Part shown: positions 27,571 through 42,000 of the stretch, piece after piece
Layout of the letters: every line of letters begins with the position of its first letter
How positions within the stretch are numbered: the stretch's first letter is position 1
From: the human T2T-CHM13v2.0 reference genome, Homo sapiens
Assembly (NCBI RefSeq): GCF_009914755.1
Contig: NC_060939.1
Reading direction: 5' to 3' (one strand)
Length of the DNA stretch: 64,000 nucleotides
Notes under the pieces: generated by a model
The model's database searches: none
What the model was told of the DNA's origin: nothing
What the model saw: only the letters and a program-made list of their open reading frames with translations
Made by a program: the position numbers and the translations under genes

Positions 27571-30500
27571 TCAATTCGAGACCATTGCTTTTGAGTCCAT
27601 TCTATATGATTCCATTCCATTCAAGTCCATTACATTTGGTTCCATTCCATTCCATTCCATTTCCTTCCATTCCATTCCATTTGATATCAAGCCACTCGAT
27701 TCCATTCCATTCGAGCACATTCCATTCGATTCCATTCCATTCGATTCCATTCCATTTGATTATATTCCATTAGTCTCCATTCAATTCCACTAATCTCCAT
27801 TCCATTCCATTCTACTCCAACTGATTCCATTCCATTCTATTCCTTTCCATTCCATTTCATTCCATTCCATTCCTTTCGCTTCCATTCCATTCGTGTCCAC
27901 TCCACTCCAGTCCATTCCATTCGTGTCCATTCCATTCCAGTCCATTCCATTTGTGTCCACTGCATTCCATTCCACTCCATTCCATATTATTCCATTCCAC
28001 TCCATTCCATTCTATTACTTTCATTTCCATTCAATTCCATTCCATTTGATTCCATTCCACTCGGGTTCATTCCATTTGAGTCCATTCCATTCCATTCCAT
28101 TCCTTTCCCTGCCATTCCATTCCATTCCATTCCACTCCATTCCATTCAGTTCCATTCCATTCCATTCCATTCCATTCCATTCCATTCCATTCCATTCCAT
28201 TCCATTCCTATCCATTCAGTTCCATTCCATTCCATTCCATTCAGTTCCATTCCATTCTGTTCCATTCCATTCCATTCCATTCCATTCCATTCGGTACCAT
28301 TCCATATTTTTCCATTCGATTCCATTCGAATCCATTCCATTCTAGTCCATTCCATTCGATTCCATTCCATTCCTTTCAATTCCATTCCATTCCATTCCAT
28401 TCCACTTGATTCCACTCCATTCCCTTCCACTGAATTCCATTCGATTCCATTCCATTCCTTTCAATTCCATTCCATTCCATTCCATTCCACTTGATTCCAC
28501 TCCATTCCCTTCCACTGCATTCCATTCGATTCCATTCCATTGCATTGCATTCCATTCCATTGGATTGCATTCCATTCGATTCCATTCCATTCCAATCAAT
28601 TACATAGCAATCCATTACATTCGAGTCTATTCTATTCCGTTCCATTCGATTGCGTTCCAATCCATTCGATTCCATTCCATTCGATTCCATTCCATACTAT
28701 TGCATTCCATTCGATTAAATTATATTCGAATAAATTCCATTCAAGACCATTTCTGTTGAGTCTATTCTACTAGAGTCCATTCCCTTTGATCCCATAACAT
28801 TTCAGTCCATTCAATTCCATTCCTTTCGTTTCCATTCCATTTGATGCCATTCCATTCAATTCTGTTCTACTCGACTCCAATACATTCAATTCCATTCCAT
28901 CCGATTCCATTACATTCTTTTCATTTCTTATCCATTTCAAGCCATTCCATTCCATTCCATTCCACTCGTTTCCTTTCCATTCGAGTCCATTCCACTCCAG
29001 TCCATTCCATTCGAATCCATTTCACTCCAGTCCATTCCATTCGAATCCATTTCACTCCAGTCCATTAAATTCGAGTACATTCCATTCCATTCTATTCAAT
29101 GCCATTCCATTCGATTCTATTCCATTCGACACCATTCCTTTCCATTCCGTTCCATCCGATTCCATTCCATTGTATTCCATTCAATTCCATTCCATTGCAT
29201 TCCATTCCATTCCAATCGTTTCCATTCCATTCGAATTCATTCCACTCAAGTCCATTCCATTCGAGTCCATTCCATTCCAGTCCATTCCAACAGAGTCCAT
29301 TGCTTTCCATTCCATTCGATATCTTCCCATTACAGTCCATTCCATTCTATTCCTTTGGTTCCCATTCAATTAAATTCCATTGGATTACATTTCATTCGAT
29401 TCCATTCCATTCGACTCCATTCCATTCGAGTCCATTCCATTCCAGTCCATTCCATTCGATTCCATTCCATTCGTGTCCACTCCACTCCAGTCCATTCCAT
29501 TCGTGTCCATTCCATTCCAGTCCATTCCATTTGTGTCCACTGCATTCCATTCCACTCCATTCCATATTATTCCATTCCACTCCATTCCATTCTATTACTT
29601 TCATTTCCATTCAATTCCATTCCATTTGATTCCATTCCACTCGGGTTCATTCCATTTGAGTCCATTCCATTCCATTCCATTCCTTTCCCTGCCATTCCAT
29701 TCCATTCCATTCCACTCCATTCCATTCAGTTCCATTCCATTGCATTCCATTCCATTCCATTCCATTCCATTCCATTCCATTCCTATCCATTCAGTTCCAT
29801 TCCATTCCATTCCATTCAGTTCCATTCCATTCTGTTCCATTCCATTCCATTCCATTCCATTCCATTCGGTACCATTCCATATTTTTCCATTCGATTCCAT
29901 TCGAATCCATTCCATTCTAGTCCATTCCATTCGATTCCATTCCATTCCTTTCAATTCCATTCCATTCCATTCCATTCCACTTGATTCCACTCCATTCCCT
30001 TCCACTGAATTCCATTCGATTCCATTCCATTCCTTTCAATTCCATTCCATTCCATTCCGTTCCACTTGATTCCACTCCATTCCCTTCCACTGCATTCCAT
30101 TCGATTCCATTCCATTGCATTGCATTCCATTCCATTGGATTGCATTCCATTCGATTCCATTCCATTCCAATCAATTACATAGCAATCCATTACATTCGAG
30201 TCTATTCTATTCCGTTCCATTCGATTGCGTTCCAATCCATTCGATTCCATTCCATTCGATTCCATTCCATACTATTGCATTCCATTCGATTAAATTATAT
30301 TCGAATAAATTCCATTCAAGACCATTTCTGTTGAGTCTATTCTACTAGAGTCCATTCCCTTTGATCCCATAACATTTCAGTCCATTCAATTCCATTCCTT
30401 TCGTTTCCATTCCATTTGATGCCATTCCATTCAATTCTGTTCTACTCGACTCCAATACATTCAATTCCATTCCATCCGATTCCATTACATTCTTTTCATT

Positions 30501-33500
30501 TCTTATCCATTTCAAGCCATTCCATTCCATTCCATTCCACTCGTTTCCTTTCCATTCGAGTCCATTCCACTCCAGTCCATTCCATTCGAATCCATTTCAC
30601 TCCAGTCCATTCCATTCGAATCCATTTCACTCCAGTCCATTAAATTCGAGTACATTCCATTCCATTCTATTCAATGCCATTCCATTCGATTCTATTCCAT
30701 TCGACACCATTCCTTTCCATTCCGTTCCATCCGATTCCATTCCATTGTATTCCATTCAATTCCATTCCATTGCATTCCATTCCATTCCAATCGTTTCCAT
30801 TCCATTCGAATTCATTCCACTCAAGTCCATTCCATTCGAGTCCATTCCATTCCAGTCCATTCCAACAGAGTCCATTGCTTTCCATTCCATTCGATATCTT
30901 CCCATTACAGTCCATTCCATTCTATTCCTTTGGTTCCCATTCAATTAAATTCCATTGGATTACATTTCATTCGATTCCATTCCATTCGACTCCATTCCAT
31001 TCGAGTCCATTCCATTCCAGTCCATTCCATTCGATTCCATTCCATTCGATTCCATTCCACTCATTTCCACTCCGTTGCATTCCATTGCATTCCATTCCAT
31101 TCCATTGGATTACATTCCATTCGATTCCATTCCATTCGAATCAATTGCTTTGCAATGCATTACATTCATGCCCTTTCTATTAAAGTTCAATCCATTATGG
31201 TCCATTCCATTCAATTCCATTCTATTCCATTCCTTTCGAATCAATTACATTGCAGTCCATCACATTCGAGTACGTTCTGTTCCAGTCCATTCAGTTCTGG
31301 TCTATTCCATTCAATTCCATTCACTTTGATTCCATTCCCTTTGATTCCATTCCATTTTTGTACATTCCATTGGATTCCATCTTATTGAAATAAGTTCTAT
31401 TCGAGACCATTTCTTCGAGTCCAATCAATTTGAGTCCATTCCATTCGAGTCCAATATATCTGGGTCTATTCCATTCCATCCCATTCCGTTCGATGCCATT
31501 CAATTTGATTCTTTTCCATTCGTCTCCATTCCTTTCCATTCAGTTCCATCGGATTCCATTCCATTCTATTCCTTTCCATTTCATTGCATTCCATTCTATT
31601 CCACTGGAGACCATTCCACTTCAGTGCATTCCATTCCAGTGTATTCCATTCCATTCCATTCCATTCCATTCCATTCCATTCCATTCCATTCGATATCTTT
31701 CCATTACACTCCATTCCATTGTATTCCTTTACAGTCCATTCAATTCCATTCTATTCGATTCCATTCAATTCAATTCCATTACATTCGACTCCATTTCATT
31801 AGTGTCCATTGCAATCCATTCCATTCCATTTCTTTATGTTCTATTCCATTCCGTTCGATTCCATTTTATTCCAGTCCATTCCATTCGAGTCCATTGCATT
31901 CCAGTGCAATTCATTTGATTCCACTCCATTCGATTCCATTCCACTCAATTCCACTCCGTTCCATTCCTTTGCGTTCCTTTCTATTCCATTCCATTGCATT
32001 CCATTCCATTCCATTCCATTCCATTCCATTTGTTTACGTTCCATTGAATTCCAATCCAGTTGAATCAATTACATTGCAGTCCATTACATTCGAGTCTGTT
32101 CTATCCCAGTTCATTCGATTCTGGTGCATTCCATTCGATTCCATTCCATTCGATACCATTCCATACTATTGCAGTCCATTCCATTCCATTGTTTTCGAAA
32201 AAATTCCAATTGAGACCATTCCTTTCGTGTCCATTCTATTTGACTCCATTCCATTTGAGTCCATTAAATTTGTGCACATTCCATTCCTTTCCATTCCATT
32301 CCATTCGGTGCCATTCCATTCCACTCTATTCCATTCAAGTCCATTCCATTTGAGTCCATTCCTTTCCATTCGAAGCCATTACATTCAATTCTATTCCATT
32401 CGACTCCATTCCATTCCATTCCCTTCCAAACGATTCCATTCCATTCTATTACTTTCTATTCCAATCCATTCCATTCCGTTCCATTCGTTTCCATTCCATT
32501 CGAGTCCACTCCACTCCAGTCCATTCCATTCGAGTCCATTCCATTCCAGTCCATTCCATTCAAGTCCATTCCACTCCATTCCATTCCATTTGATATCTTT
32601 CGATAACACCCCATTCCATTCTGTTCCTTGCAATTCAATTCAATTCCATTCCTTTTGATTCCATTCCATTTGATTACTCTCCATTCGACTCCATTCCATT
32701 CGACTCTATTCCATTCAAGTCCATTCCATTCCATTCCATTGCATTCCGTTCGAATCCCTATTCCATTCCATTTTGTTATTGTCCATTCCATTTGAGTCCA
32801 TTCCATGCCAAACCATTCCATTCGATTCCATTCCAATAGATTCCATTGCACTCGAATCCAGTGCGTTCCATTCCATTGCTTTCCATTCTATTATATTCCA
32901 TTGCATTCCATTCCATTCCACTTGATTACATTCCATTCAATTCCATTAATTTCGAATCAATTACATTGCAATCCATTGCATTCGAGTTCTATTCCAGTCC
33001 ATTGCATTCCGGCGCATTCCGTTCCATTCCATTCCATTCGATTCCATTCCATTCGAATCCATTGCATTGCAATGCTTTACATTCGAGTCCGTTTTATTCC
33101 AGTCCAATCCATTCCGGTCCATTCCGTTCGATTCCATTCCATTCGATGCCACTCCATACTATTGTATTTCATTCGATTCCATTCTATACAAATAAATTCC
33201 ATTTGAGACCATTCGTTTCGAGTCCATTCTATTTGAGTCCATTCCATTTGAGTCCATTACATTTGGGTCCATTCCATTCAATTCCATTGCAATCCATTCC
33301 ATTCGATGTCACCCCATTCATTTCTTTTCCATTAGAGTCCATGTCATTCGAGTCCATTCCATTCTATTCCATTCCACTCCTTTCCATTCCATTCCACTCC
33401 ATTCCTTTCGTTGCCGTTCCATTCAATTCCATTATATTCCACTCCATTTAATTCCATTCCATTCCATTCCATTCCATTCCATTCTATCCAATTCCGTTCC

Positions 33501-34201
33501 ATTCTATTCCTTTAAAGTCCATTCCATTCCATTCCATTCATTTCCATTCCATTCGAGTAAAGTCCACTCCAGTCCTTTCCATTCGAGTCCATTCCTCTCC
33601 AGTCCATTCCGTTCAATCCATTCCATTCCAGTCCATTCCATTCGAGTCCGTTCCATTCCAGTCCGTTCCATTCGAGTCAATTCCATTCCATTTGATATCT
33701 TTCCATAACGATCCATTCCATTCTATTCCTTTCAATTCCATTCAATTCCATGCCATTCCATTTCATTCCATTCGATTCCCTTCCATTGGACTCCTTTCCA
33801 TTCGAGTGCATTCCATTCCGTTCCATTTCTTTCTGTTCTGTATGATTCCTACTGTTCGATTTCATTTTGTTCCAGTCTATTCCTTTCACGTTCATTCCAT
33901 TCCATTTCACTCCATTCGATTCCATTCCACTCGATTCCACTCCGTTCCATTTCACTGCATTCCATTCTATTCAATTCTATTGCATTCCATTCCATTCAAT
34001 TCTATTGCATTCCATTCCATTCCATTTGATTACATTCCATGCGATTCCATTCGAATTCGAATCAATTACATTGCAATCCATTACTATTGAGTCCGTTTTA
34101 TTCCAGTCCACTCCATTCTGGTCCATTCCATTTGATTCCATTCCATTCTATTCCATTCCATACAGTTGCATTCCTTTGGATTCCATTCTATATCTATAAA
34201 T
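27571..34201 (+). repeat. Higher-order unit U7, ~6631 bp (expanded by a 1.58 kb tandem duplication)
   Basis: Landmark at ~27571 and 34202. Identical ORF pairs offset by 1575 (28770/30345, 29092/30667). Confidence 0.87.
27881..31035 (+). repeat. Direct tandem duplication of ~1575-1580 bp (27881-29460 and 29461-31035)
   Basis: TCCATTCCATTCGTGTCCACTCCACTCCAG at 27881 and 29461. Private variants CGGGTTCATT, CCTTTCCCTGCC, CGGTACC and CTACTAGAG occur in both copies. Confidence 0.88.
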
Positions 34202-37200
34202 TCAATTCGAGACCATTGCTTTTGAGTCCATTCTATATGATTCCATTCCATTCAAGTCCATTACATTTGGTTCAATTCCATTCCATTCCATTTCCTTCCA
34301 TTCCATTCCATTTGATATCAATCCATTCGATTCCATTCCATTCGAGCACATTCCATTCGAGTCCATTCCATTCGATGCCATTCCATTTGATTCCATTCCA
34401 TTAGTCTCCATTCAATTCCACTAATCTCCATTCCATTCCAATCTACTCCAACTGATTCCATTCCATTCTATTCCTTTCCATTCCATTTCATTCCATTCCA
34501 TTCCTTTCGCTTCCATTCCATTCGTGTCCATTCCACTCCAGTCCATTCCATTCGTGTCCATTCCATTCCAGTCCATTCCATTTGTGTCCACTGCATTCCA
34601 TTCCACTCTATTCCATATTATTCCATTACACTCCATTCCATTCTATTACTTTCATTTCCATTCAATTCCATTCCATTTGATTCCATTCCACTCGGTTTCA
34701 TTCCATTTGAGTCCATTCCATTCCATTCCATTCCATTCCATTCCATTCCATTCAGTTCCATTCCATTCTGTTCCATTCCATTCCATTCCATTCCATTCTG
34801 TACCATTTCATATTGTTCCATTCGATTCCATTCGAATCCATTCCATTCCAGTCCATTCCATTCGATTCCATTCCATTACTTTCAATTCCATTCCATTCCA
34901 TTCCATTCCACTTGATTCCACTCCATTCCCTTCCACTGCATTCCATTCGATTCCATTCCATTGCATTGCATTCCATTCCATTGGATTGCATTCCATTCGA
35001 TTCCATTCCATTCCAATCAATTACATAGCAATCCATTACATTCGAGTCTATTCTGTTCCGTTCCATTCGATTTCGTTCCAATCCATTCGATTCCGTTCCA
35101 TTCGATTCCATTCCATACTATTGCATTCCATTCGATTAAATTATATTCGAATAAATTCCATTCAAGACCATTTCTGTTGAGTCCATTCTACTTGAGTCCA
35201 TTCCCTTTGATTCCATAACATTTGAGTCCATTCAATTCCATTCCTTTCGTTTCCATTCCGTTTGATGCCATTCCATTCAATTCTGTTCTACTCGACTCCA
35301 ATACATTCAATTCCATTCCATCCGATTCCATTACATTCTTTTCATTTCTTATCCATTTCAAGCCATTCCATTCCATTCCATTCCACTCGTTTCCTTTCCA
35401 TTCGAGTCCATTCCACTCCAGTCCATTCCATTCGAATCCATTTCACTCCAGTCCATTCCATTCGAATCCATTTCACTCCAGTCCATTAAATTCGAGTACA
35501 TTCCATTCCATTCTATTCAATGCCATTCCATTCTATTCTATTCCATTCGACACCATTCCTTTCCATTCCGTTCCATCCGATTCCATTCCTTTGTATTCCA
35601 TGCAATTCCATTCCATTGCATTGCATTCCATTCCAATCGTTTCCATTCCATTCGATTTCATTCCACTCAAGTCCATCCCATTCGAGTCCATTCCATTCCA
35701 GTCCATTACAACAGAGTCCGTTGCTTTCCATTCCATTCGATATCTTCCCATTACAGTCCATTCCATTCTATTCCTTTGGTTCCCATTCAATTAAATTCCA
35801 TTGGATTACATTTCATTCGATTCCATTCCATTCGACTCCATTCCATCCGAGTCCATTCCATTCCAGTCCATTCCATTCGATTCCATTCCATTCGATCCCA
35901 TTCCACTCATTTCCACTCCGTTGCATTCCATTGCATTCCATTCCATTCCATTGGATTACATTCCATTCGATTCCATTCCATTCGAATCAATTGCATTGCA
36001 ATGCAATACATTCATGCCCTTTCTATTAAAGTCCAATCCATTATGGTCCATTCCATTCAATTCCATTCTATTCCATTCCATTCGAATCAATTACATTGCA
36101 ATCCATCACATTCGAGTACGTTCTGTTCCAGTCCATTCAGTTCTGGTCTATTCCATTCAATTCCATTCCCTTTGATTCCATTCCATTTTTGTACATTCCA
36201 TTGGATTCCATCTTATTGAAATAAGTTCTATTCGAGACCATTTCTTCGAATCCAATCAATTTGAGTCCATTCCATTCGAGTCCATTACATCTGGGTCTTT
36301 TCCATTCCATCCCATTCCGTTCGATGCCATTCAATTTGATTCTTTTCCATTCGTCTCCATTCCTTTCCTTTCAGTTCCATCGGATTCCATTCCATTCTAT
36401 TCCTTTCCATTTCATTGCATTCCATTCCATTCCCCTGGAGACCATTCCACTTCAGTGCATTCCATTCCAGTGTATTCCATTCCATTCCATTCCATTCCAT
36501 TCCATTCCATTCCATTCCATTCCATTCGATATCTTTCCATTACACTCCATTCCATTCCATTCCATTCCATTCCATTCCATTCCATTCGATATCTTTCCAT
36601 TACACTCCATTCCATTGTATTCCTTTACAGTCCATTCAATTCCATTCTATTCGATTCCATTCAGTTCAATTCCATTACATTCGACTCTATTTCATTAGTG
36701 TCCATTGCAATCCATTCCATTCCATTTCTTTATGTTCTATTCCATTCCGTTCGATTCCGTTTTATTCCAGTCCATTCCATTCGAGTCCATTGCATTCCAG
36801 GGCAATTCATTTGATTCCACTCCATTCGATTCCATTCCACTCAATTCCACTCCGTTCCATTCCTTTGCGTTCCTTTCTATTTCATTCTATTGCATTCCAT
36901 TCCATTCCATTCCATTCCATTCCATTTGTTTACATTCCATTGAATACCAATCCAGTTGAATCAATTACATTGCAGTCCATTACATTCGAGTCTGTTCTAT
37001 CCCAGTTCATTCGATTCTGGTGCATTCCATTCGATTCCATTCCATTCGATACCATTCCATACTATTGCAGTCCATTCCATTCCATTGTTTTCGAAAAAAT
37101 TCCAAATGAGACCATTCCTTTCGTGTCCATTCTATTTGACTCCATTCCATTTGAGTCCATTAAATTTGTGCACATTCCATTCCTTTCCATTCCATTCCAT

Positions 37201-39082
37201 TCGGTGCCATTCCATTCCACTCTATTCCATTCAAGTCCATTCCATTTGAGTCCATTCCATTCCATTCGATGCCATTACATTCAATTCTATTCCATTCGAC
37301 TCCATTCCATTCCATTCCCTTCCAAACGATTCCATTCCCTTCTATTACTTTCTATTCCAATCCATTCCATTCCGTTCCATTCGTTTCCATTCCATTCGAG
37401 TCCACTCCACTCCAGTCCATTCCATTCGAGTCCATTCCATTCCAGTCCATTCCATTCAAGTCCATTCCACTCCATTCCATTCCATTCGAAATCTTTCGAT
37501 AACACCCCATTCCATTCTGTTCCTTACAATTCAATTCAATTCCATTCCATTTGATTCCATTCCATTTGATTCCATTCCATTCGACTCCATTCCATTCGAC
37601 TCTATTCCATTCAAGTCCATTCCATTCCATTCCATTCAATTCCGTTCGAATCCCTATTCCATTCCATTTTGTTCCAGTCCATTCCATTTGAGTCCATTCC
37701 ATGCCAATCCATTCCATTCGATTCCATTCCAATTGATTCCATTGCACTCGAATCCAGTGCGTTCCATTCCATTGCTTTCCATTCTGTTACATTCCATTGC
37801 ATTCCATTCCATTCCATTTGATTACATTCCATTCAATTCCATTAATTTCGAATCAATTACATTGCAATCCATTGCATTCGAGTTCTATTCCAGTCCATTG
37901 CATTCCGGCGCATTCCGTTCCATTCCATTCCATTCGATTCCATTCCATTCGAATCCATTGCATTGCAATGCTTTACATTCGAGTCCGTTTTATTCCAGTC
38001 CAATCCATTCCGGTCCATTCCATTTGATTCCATTCCATTCGATGCCACTCCATACTATTGTATTTCATTCGATTCCATTCTATTCAAATAAATTCCATTC
38101 GAGACCATTCGTTTCGCGTCCATTCTATTTCAGTCCATTCCATTTGAGTCGATTACATTTGGGTCCATTCCATTCAATTCCATTGCAATCCATTCCATTT
38201 GATGTCACCCCATTCATTTCTATTCCATTAGAGTCCATGTCATTCGAGTCCATTCCATTCTATTCCATTCCACTCCATTCCATTCCATTCCACTCCATTC
38301 CATTCGTTGCCGTTCCATTCAATTCTATTATATTCCACTCCATTTAATTCCATTCCATTCCATTCCATTCCATTCCATCCCATTCCATTCTATCCAATTC
38401 CGTTCCATTCTATTCCTTTAAAGTCCATTCCATTCCATTCCATTCATTTCCATTCCATTCGAGTAAAGTCCACTCCAGTCCTTTCCATTCGAGTCCATTC
38501 CTCTCCAGTCCATTCCGTTCAATCCATTCCATTCCAGTCCATTCCATTCGAGTCCGTTCCATTCCAGTCCGTTCCATTCGAGTCAATTCCATTCCATTTG
38601 ATATCTTTCCATAACGATCCATTCCATTCTATTCCTTTCAATTCCATTCCATTCCATTCCATTCCATTTCATTCCATTCGATTCCCTTCCATTGGACTCC
38701 TTTCCATTCGAGTGCATTCCATTCCGTTCCATTTCTTTCTGTTCTGTATGATTCCTACTGTTCGATTTCATTTTGTTCCAGTCTATTCCTTTCACGTTCA
38801 TTCCATTCCATTTCACTCCATTCGATTCCATTCCACTCGATTCCACTCCGTTCCATTTCACTGCATTACATTCTATTCAATTCTATTGCATTCCATTCCA
38901 TTCCACTTGATTACATTCCATGCGATTCTATTCGAATTCAAATCAATTACATTGCAATCCATTACTATTGAGTCCGTTTTATTCCAGTCCACTCCATTCT
39001 GGTCCATTCCATTTGATTCCATTCCATTCTATTCCATTCCATACAGTTGCATTCCATTGGATTCCATTCTATATCTATAAAT
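34202..39082 (+). repeat. Higher-order unit U8, ~4881 bp (sister of U6)
   Basis: Near-identical ORF translations to U6 at offset 11512 (25444/36956, 26176/37688). Shares CAGGGCAATT, TCGCGTCC and the 60-bp duplication. Confidence 0.87.
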
Positions 39083-42000
39083 TCAATTCGAGACCATTGC
39101 TTTTGAGTCCATTCTATATGATTCCATTCCATTCAAGTCCATTACATTTGGTTCCATTCCATTCCATTCCATTTCCTTCCATTCCATTCCATTTGATATC
39201 AAGCCACTCGATTCCATTCCATTCGAGCACATTCCATTCGATTCCATTCCATTCGATTCCATTCCATTTGATTATATTCCATTAGTCTCCATTCAATTCC
39301 ACTAATCCCCATTCCATTCCATTCTACTCCAACTGATTCCATTCCATTCTATTCCTTTCCATTCCATTTCATTCCATTCCATTCCTTTCGCTTCCATTCC
39401 ATTCGTGTCCACTCCACTCCAGTCCATTCCATTCGTGTCCATTCCATTCCAGTCCATTCCATTTGTGTCCACTGCATTCCATTCCACTCCATTCCATATT
39501 ATTCCATTCCATTCCATTCCATTCTATTACTTTCATTTCCATTCAATTCCATTCCATTTGATTCCATTCCACTCGGGTTCATTCCATTTGAGTCCATTCC
39601 ATTCCATTCCATTCCTTTCCCTGCCATTCCATTCCATTCCATTCCACTCCATTCCATTCAGTTCCATTCCATTCCATTCCATTCCATTCCATTCCATTCC
39701 ATTCCATTCCTATCCATTCAGTTCCATTCCATTCCATTCCATTCAGTTCCATTCCATTCTGTTCCATTCCATTCCATTCCATTCCATTCCATTCGTTACC
39801 ATTCCATATTTTTCCATTCGATTCCATTCGAATCCATTCCATTCCAGTCCATTCCATTCGATTCCATTCCATTCCTTTCAATTCCATTCCATTCCATTCC
39901 ATTCCACTTGATTCCACTCCATTCCCTTCCACTGAATTCCATTCGATTCCATTCCATTCCTTTCAATTCCATTCCATTCCACTTGATTCCACTCCATTCC
40001 CTTCCACTGCATTCCATTCGATTCCATTCCATTGCATTGCATTCCATTCCATTGGATTGCATTCCATTCGATTCCATTCCATTCCAATCAATTACATAGC
40101 AATCCATTACATTCGAGTCTATTCTATTCCGTTCCATTCGATTTCGTTCCAATCCATTCGATTCCATTCCATTCGATTCCATTCCATACTATTGCATTCC
40201 ATTCGATTAAATTATATTCGAATAAATTCCATTCAAGACCATTTCTGTTGAGTCTATTCTACTAGAGTCCATTCCCTTTGATCCCATAACATTTCAGTCC
40301 ATTCAATTCCATTCCTTTCGTTTCCATTCCATTTGATGCCATTCCATTCAATTCTGTTCTACTCGACTCCAATACATTCAATTCCATTCCATCCGATTCC
40401 ATTACATTCTTTTCATTTCTTATCCATTTCAAGCCATTCCATTCCATTCCATTCCATTCCACTCGTTTGCTTTCCATTCGAGTCCATTCCACTCCAGTCC
40501 ATTCCATTCGAATCCATTTCACTCCAGTCCATTCCATTCGAATCCATTTCACTCCAGTCCATTAAATTCGAGTACATTCCATTCCATTCTATTCAATGCC
40601 ATTCCATTCGATTCTATTCCATTCGACACCATTCCTTTCCATTCCGTTCCATCCGATTCCATTCCATTGTATTCCATTCAATTCCATTCCATTGCATTCC
40701 ATTCCATTCCAATCGTTTCCATTCCATTCGAATTCATTCCACTCAAGTCCATTCCATTCGAGTCCATTCCATTCCAGTCCATTCCAACAGAGTCCATTGC
40801 TTTCCATTCCATTCGATATCTTCCCATTACAGTCCATTCCATTCTATTCCTTTGGTTCCCATTCAATTAAATTCCATTGGATTACATTTCATTCGATTCC
40901 ATTCCATTCGACTCCATTCCATTCGAGTCCATTCCATTCCAGTCCATTCCATTCGATTCCATTCCATTCGATTCCATTCCACTCATTTCCACTCCGTTGC
41001 ATTCCATTGCATTCCATTCCATTCCATTGGATTACATTCCATTCGATTCCATTCTATTCGAATCAATTGCTTTGCAATGCATTACATTCATGCCCTTTCT
41101 ATTAAAGTTCAATCCATTATGGTCCATTCCATTCAATTCCATTCTATTCCATTCCATTCGAATCAATTACATTGCAGTCCATCACATTCGAGTACGTTCT
41201 GTTCCAGTCCATTCAGTTCTGGTCTATTCCATTCAATTCCATTCACTTTGATTCCATTCCCTTTGATTCCATTCCATTTTTGTACATTCCATTGGATTCC
41301 ATCTTATTGAAATAAGTTCTATTCGAGACCATTTCTTCGAGTCCAATCAATTTGAGTCCATTCCGTTCGAGTCCATTATATCTGGGTCTATTCCATTCCA
41401 TCCCATTCCGTTCGATGCCATTCAATTTGATTCTTTTCCATTCGTCTCCATTCCTTTCCATTCAGTTCCATCGGATTCCATTCCATTCTATTCCTTTCCA
41501 TTTCATTGCATTCCATTCTATTCCACTGGAGACCATTCCACTTCAGTGCATTCCATTCCAGTGTATTCCATTCCATTCCATTCCATTCCATTCCATTCCA
41601 TTCCATTCCATTCCATTCCATTCGATATCTTTCCATTACACTCCATTCCATTGTATTCCTTTACAGTCCATTCAATTCCATTCTATTCGATTCCATTCAA
41701 TTCAATTCCATTACATTCGACTCCATTTCATTAGTGTCCATTGCAATCCATTCCATTCCATTTCTTTATGTTCTATTCCATTCCGTTCGATTCCATTTTA
41801 TTCCAGTCCATTCCATTCGAGTCCATTGCATTCCAGTGCAATTCATTTGATTCCACTCCATTCGATTCTATTCCACTCAATTCCACTCCGTTCCATTCCT
41901 TTGCGTTCCTTTCTATTCCATTCCATTGCATTCCATTCCATTCCATTCCATTCCATTCCATTCCATTCCATTTCATTTGTTTACATTCCATTGAATTCCA

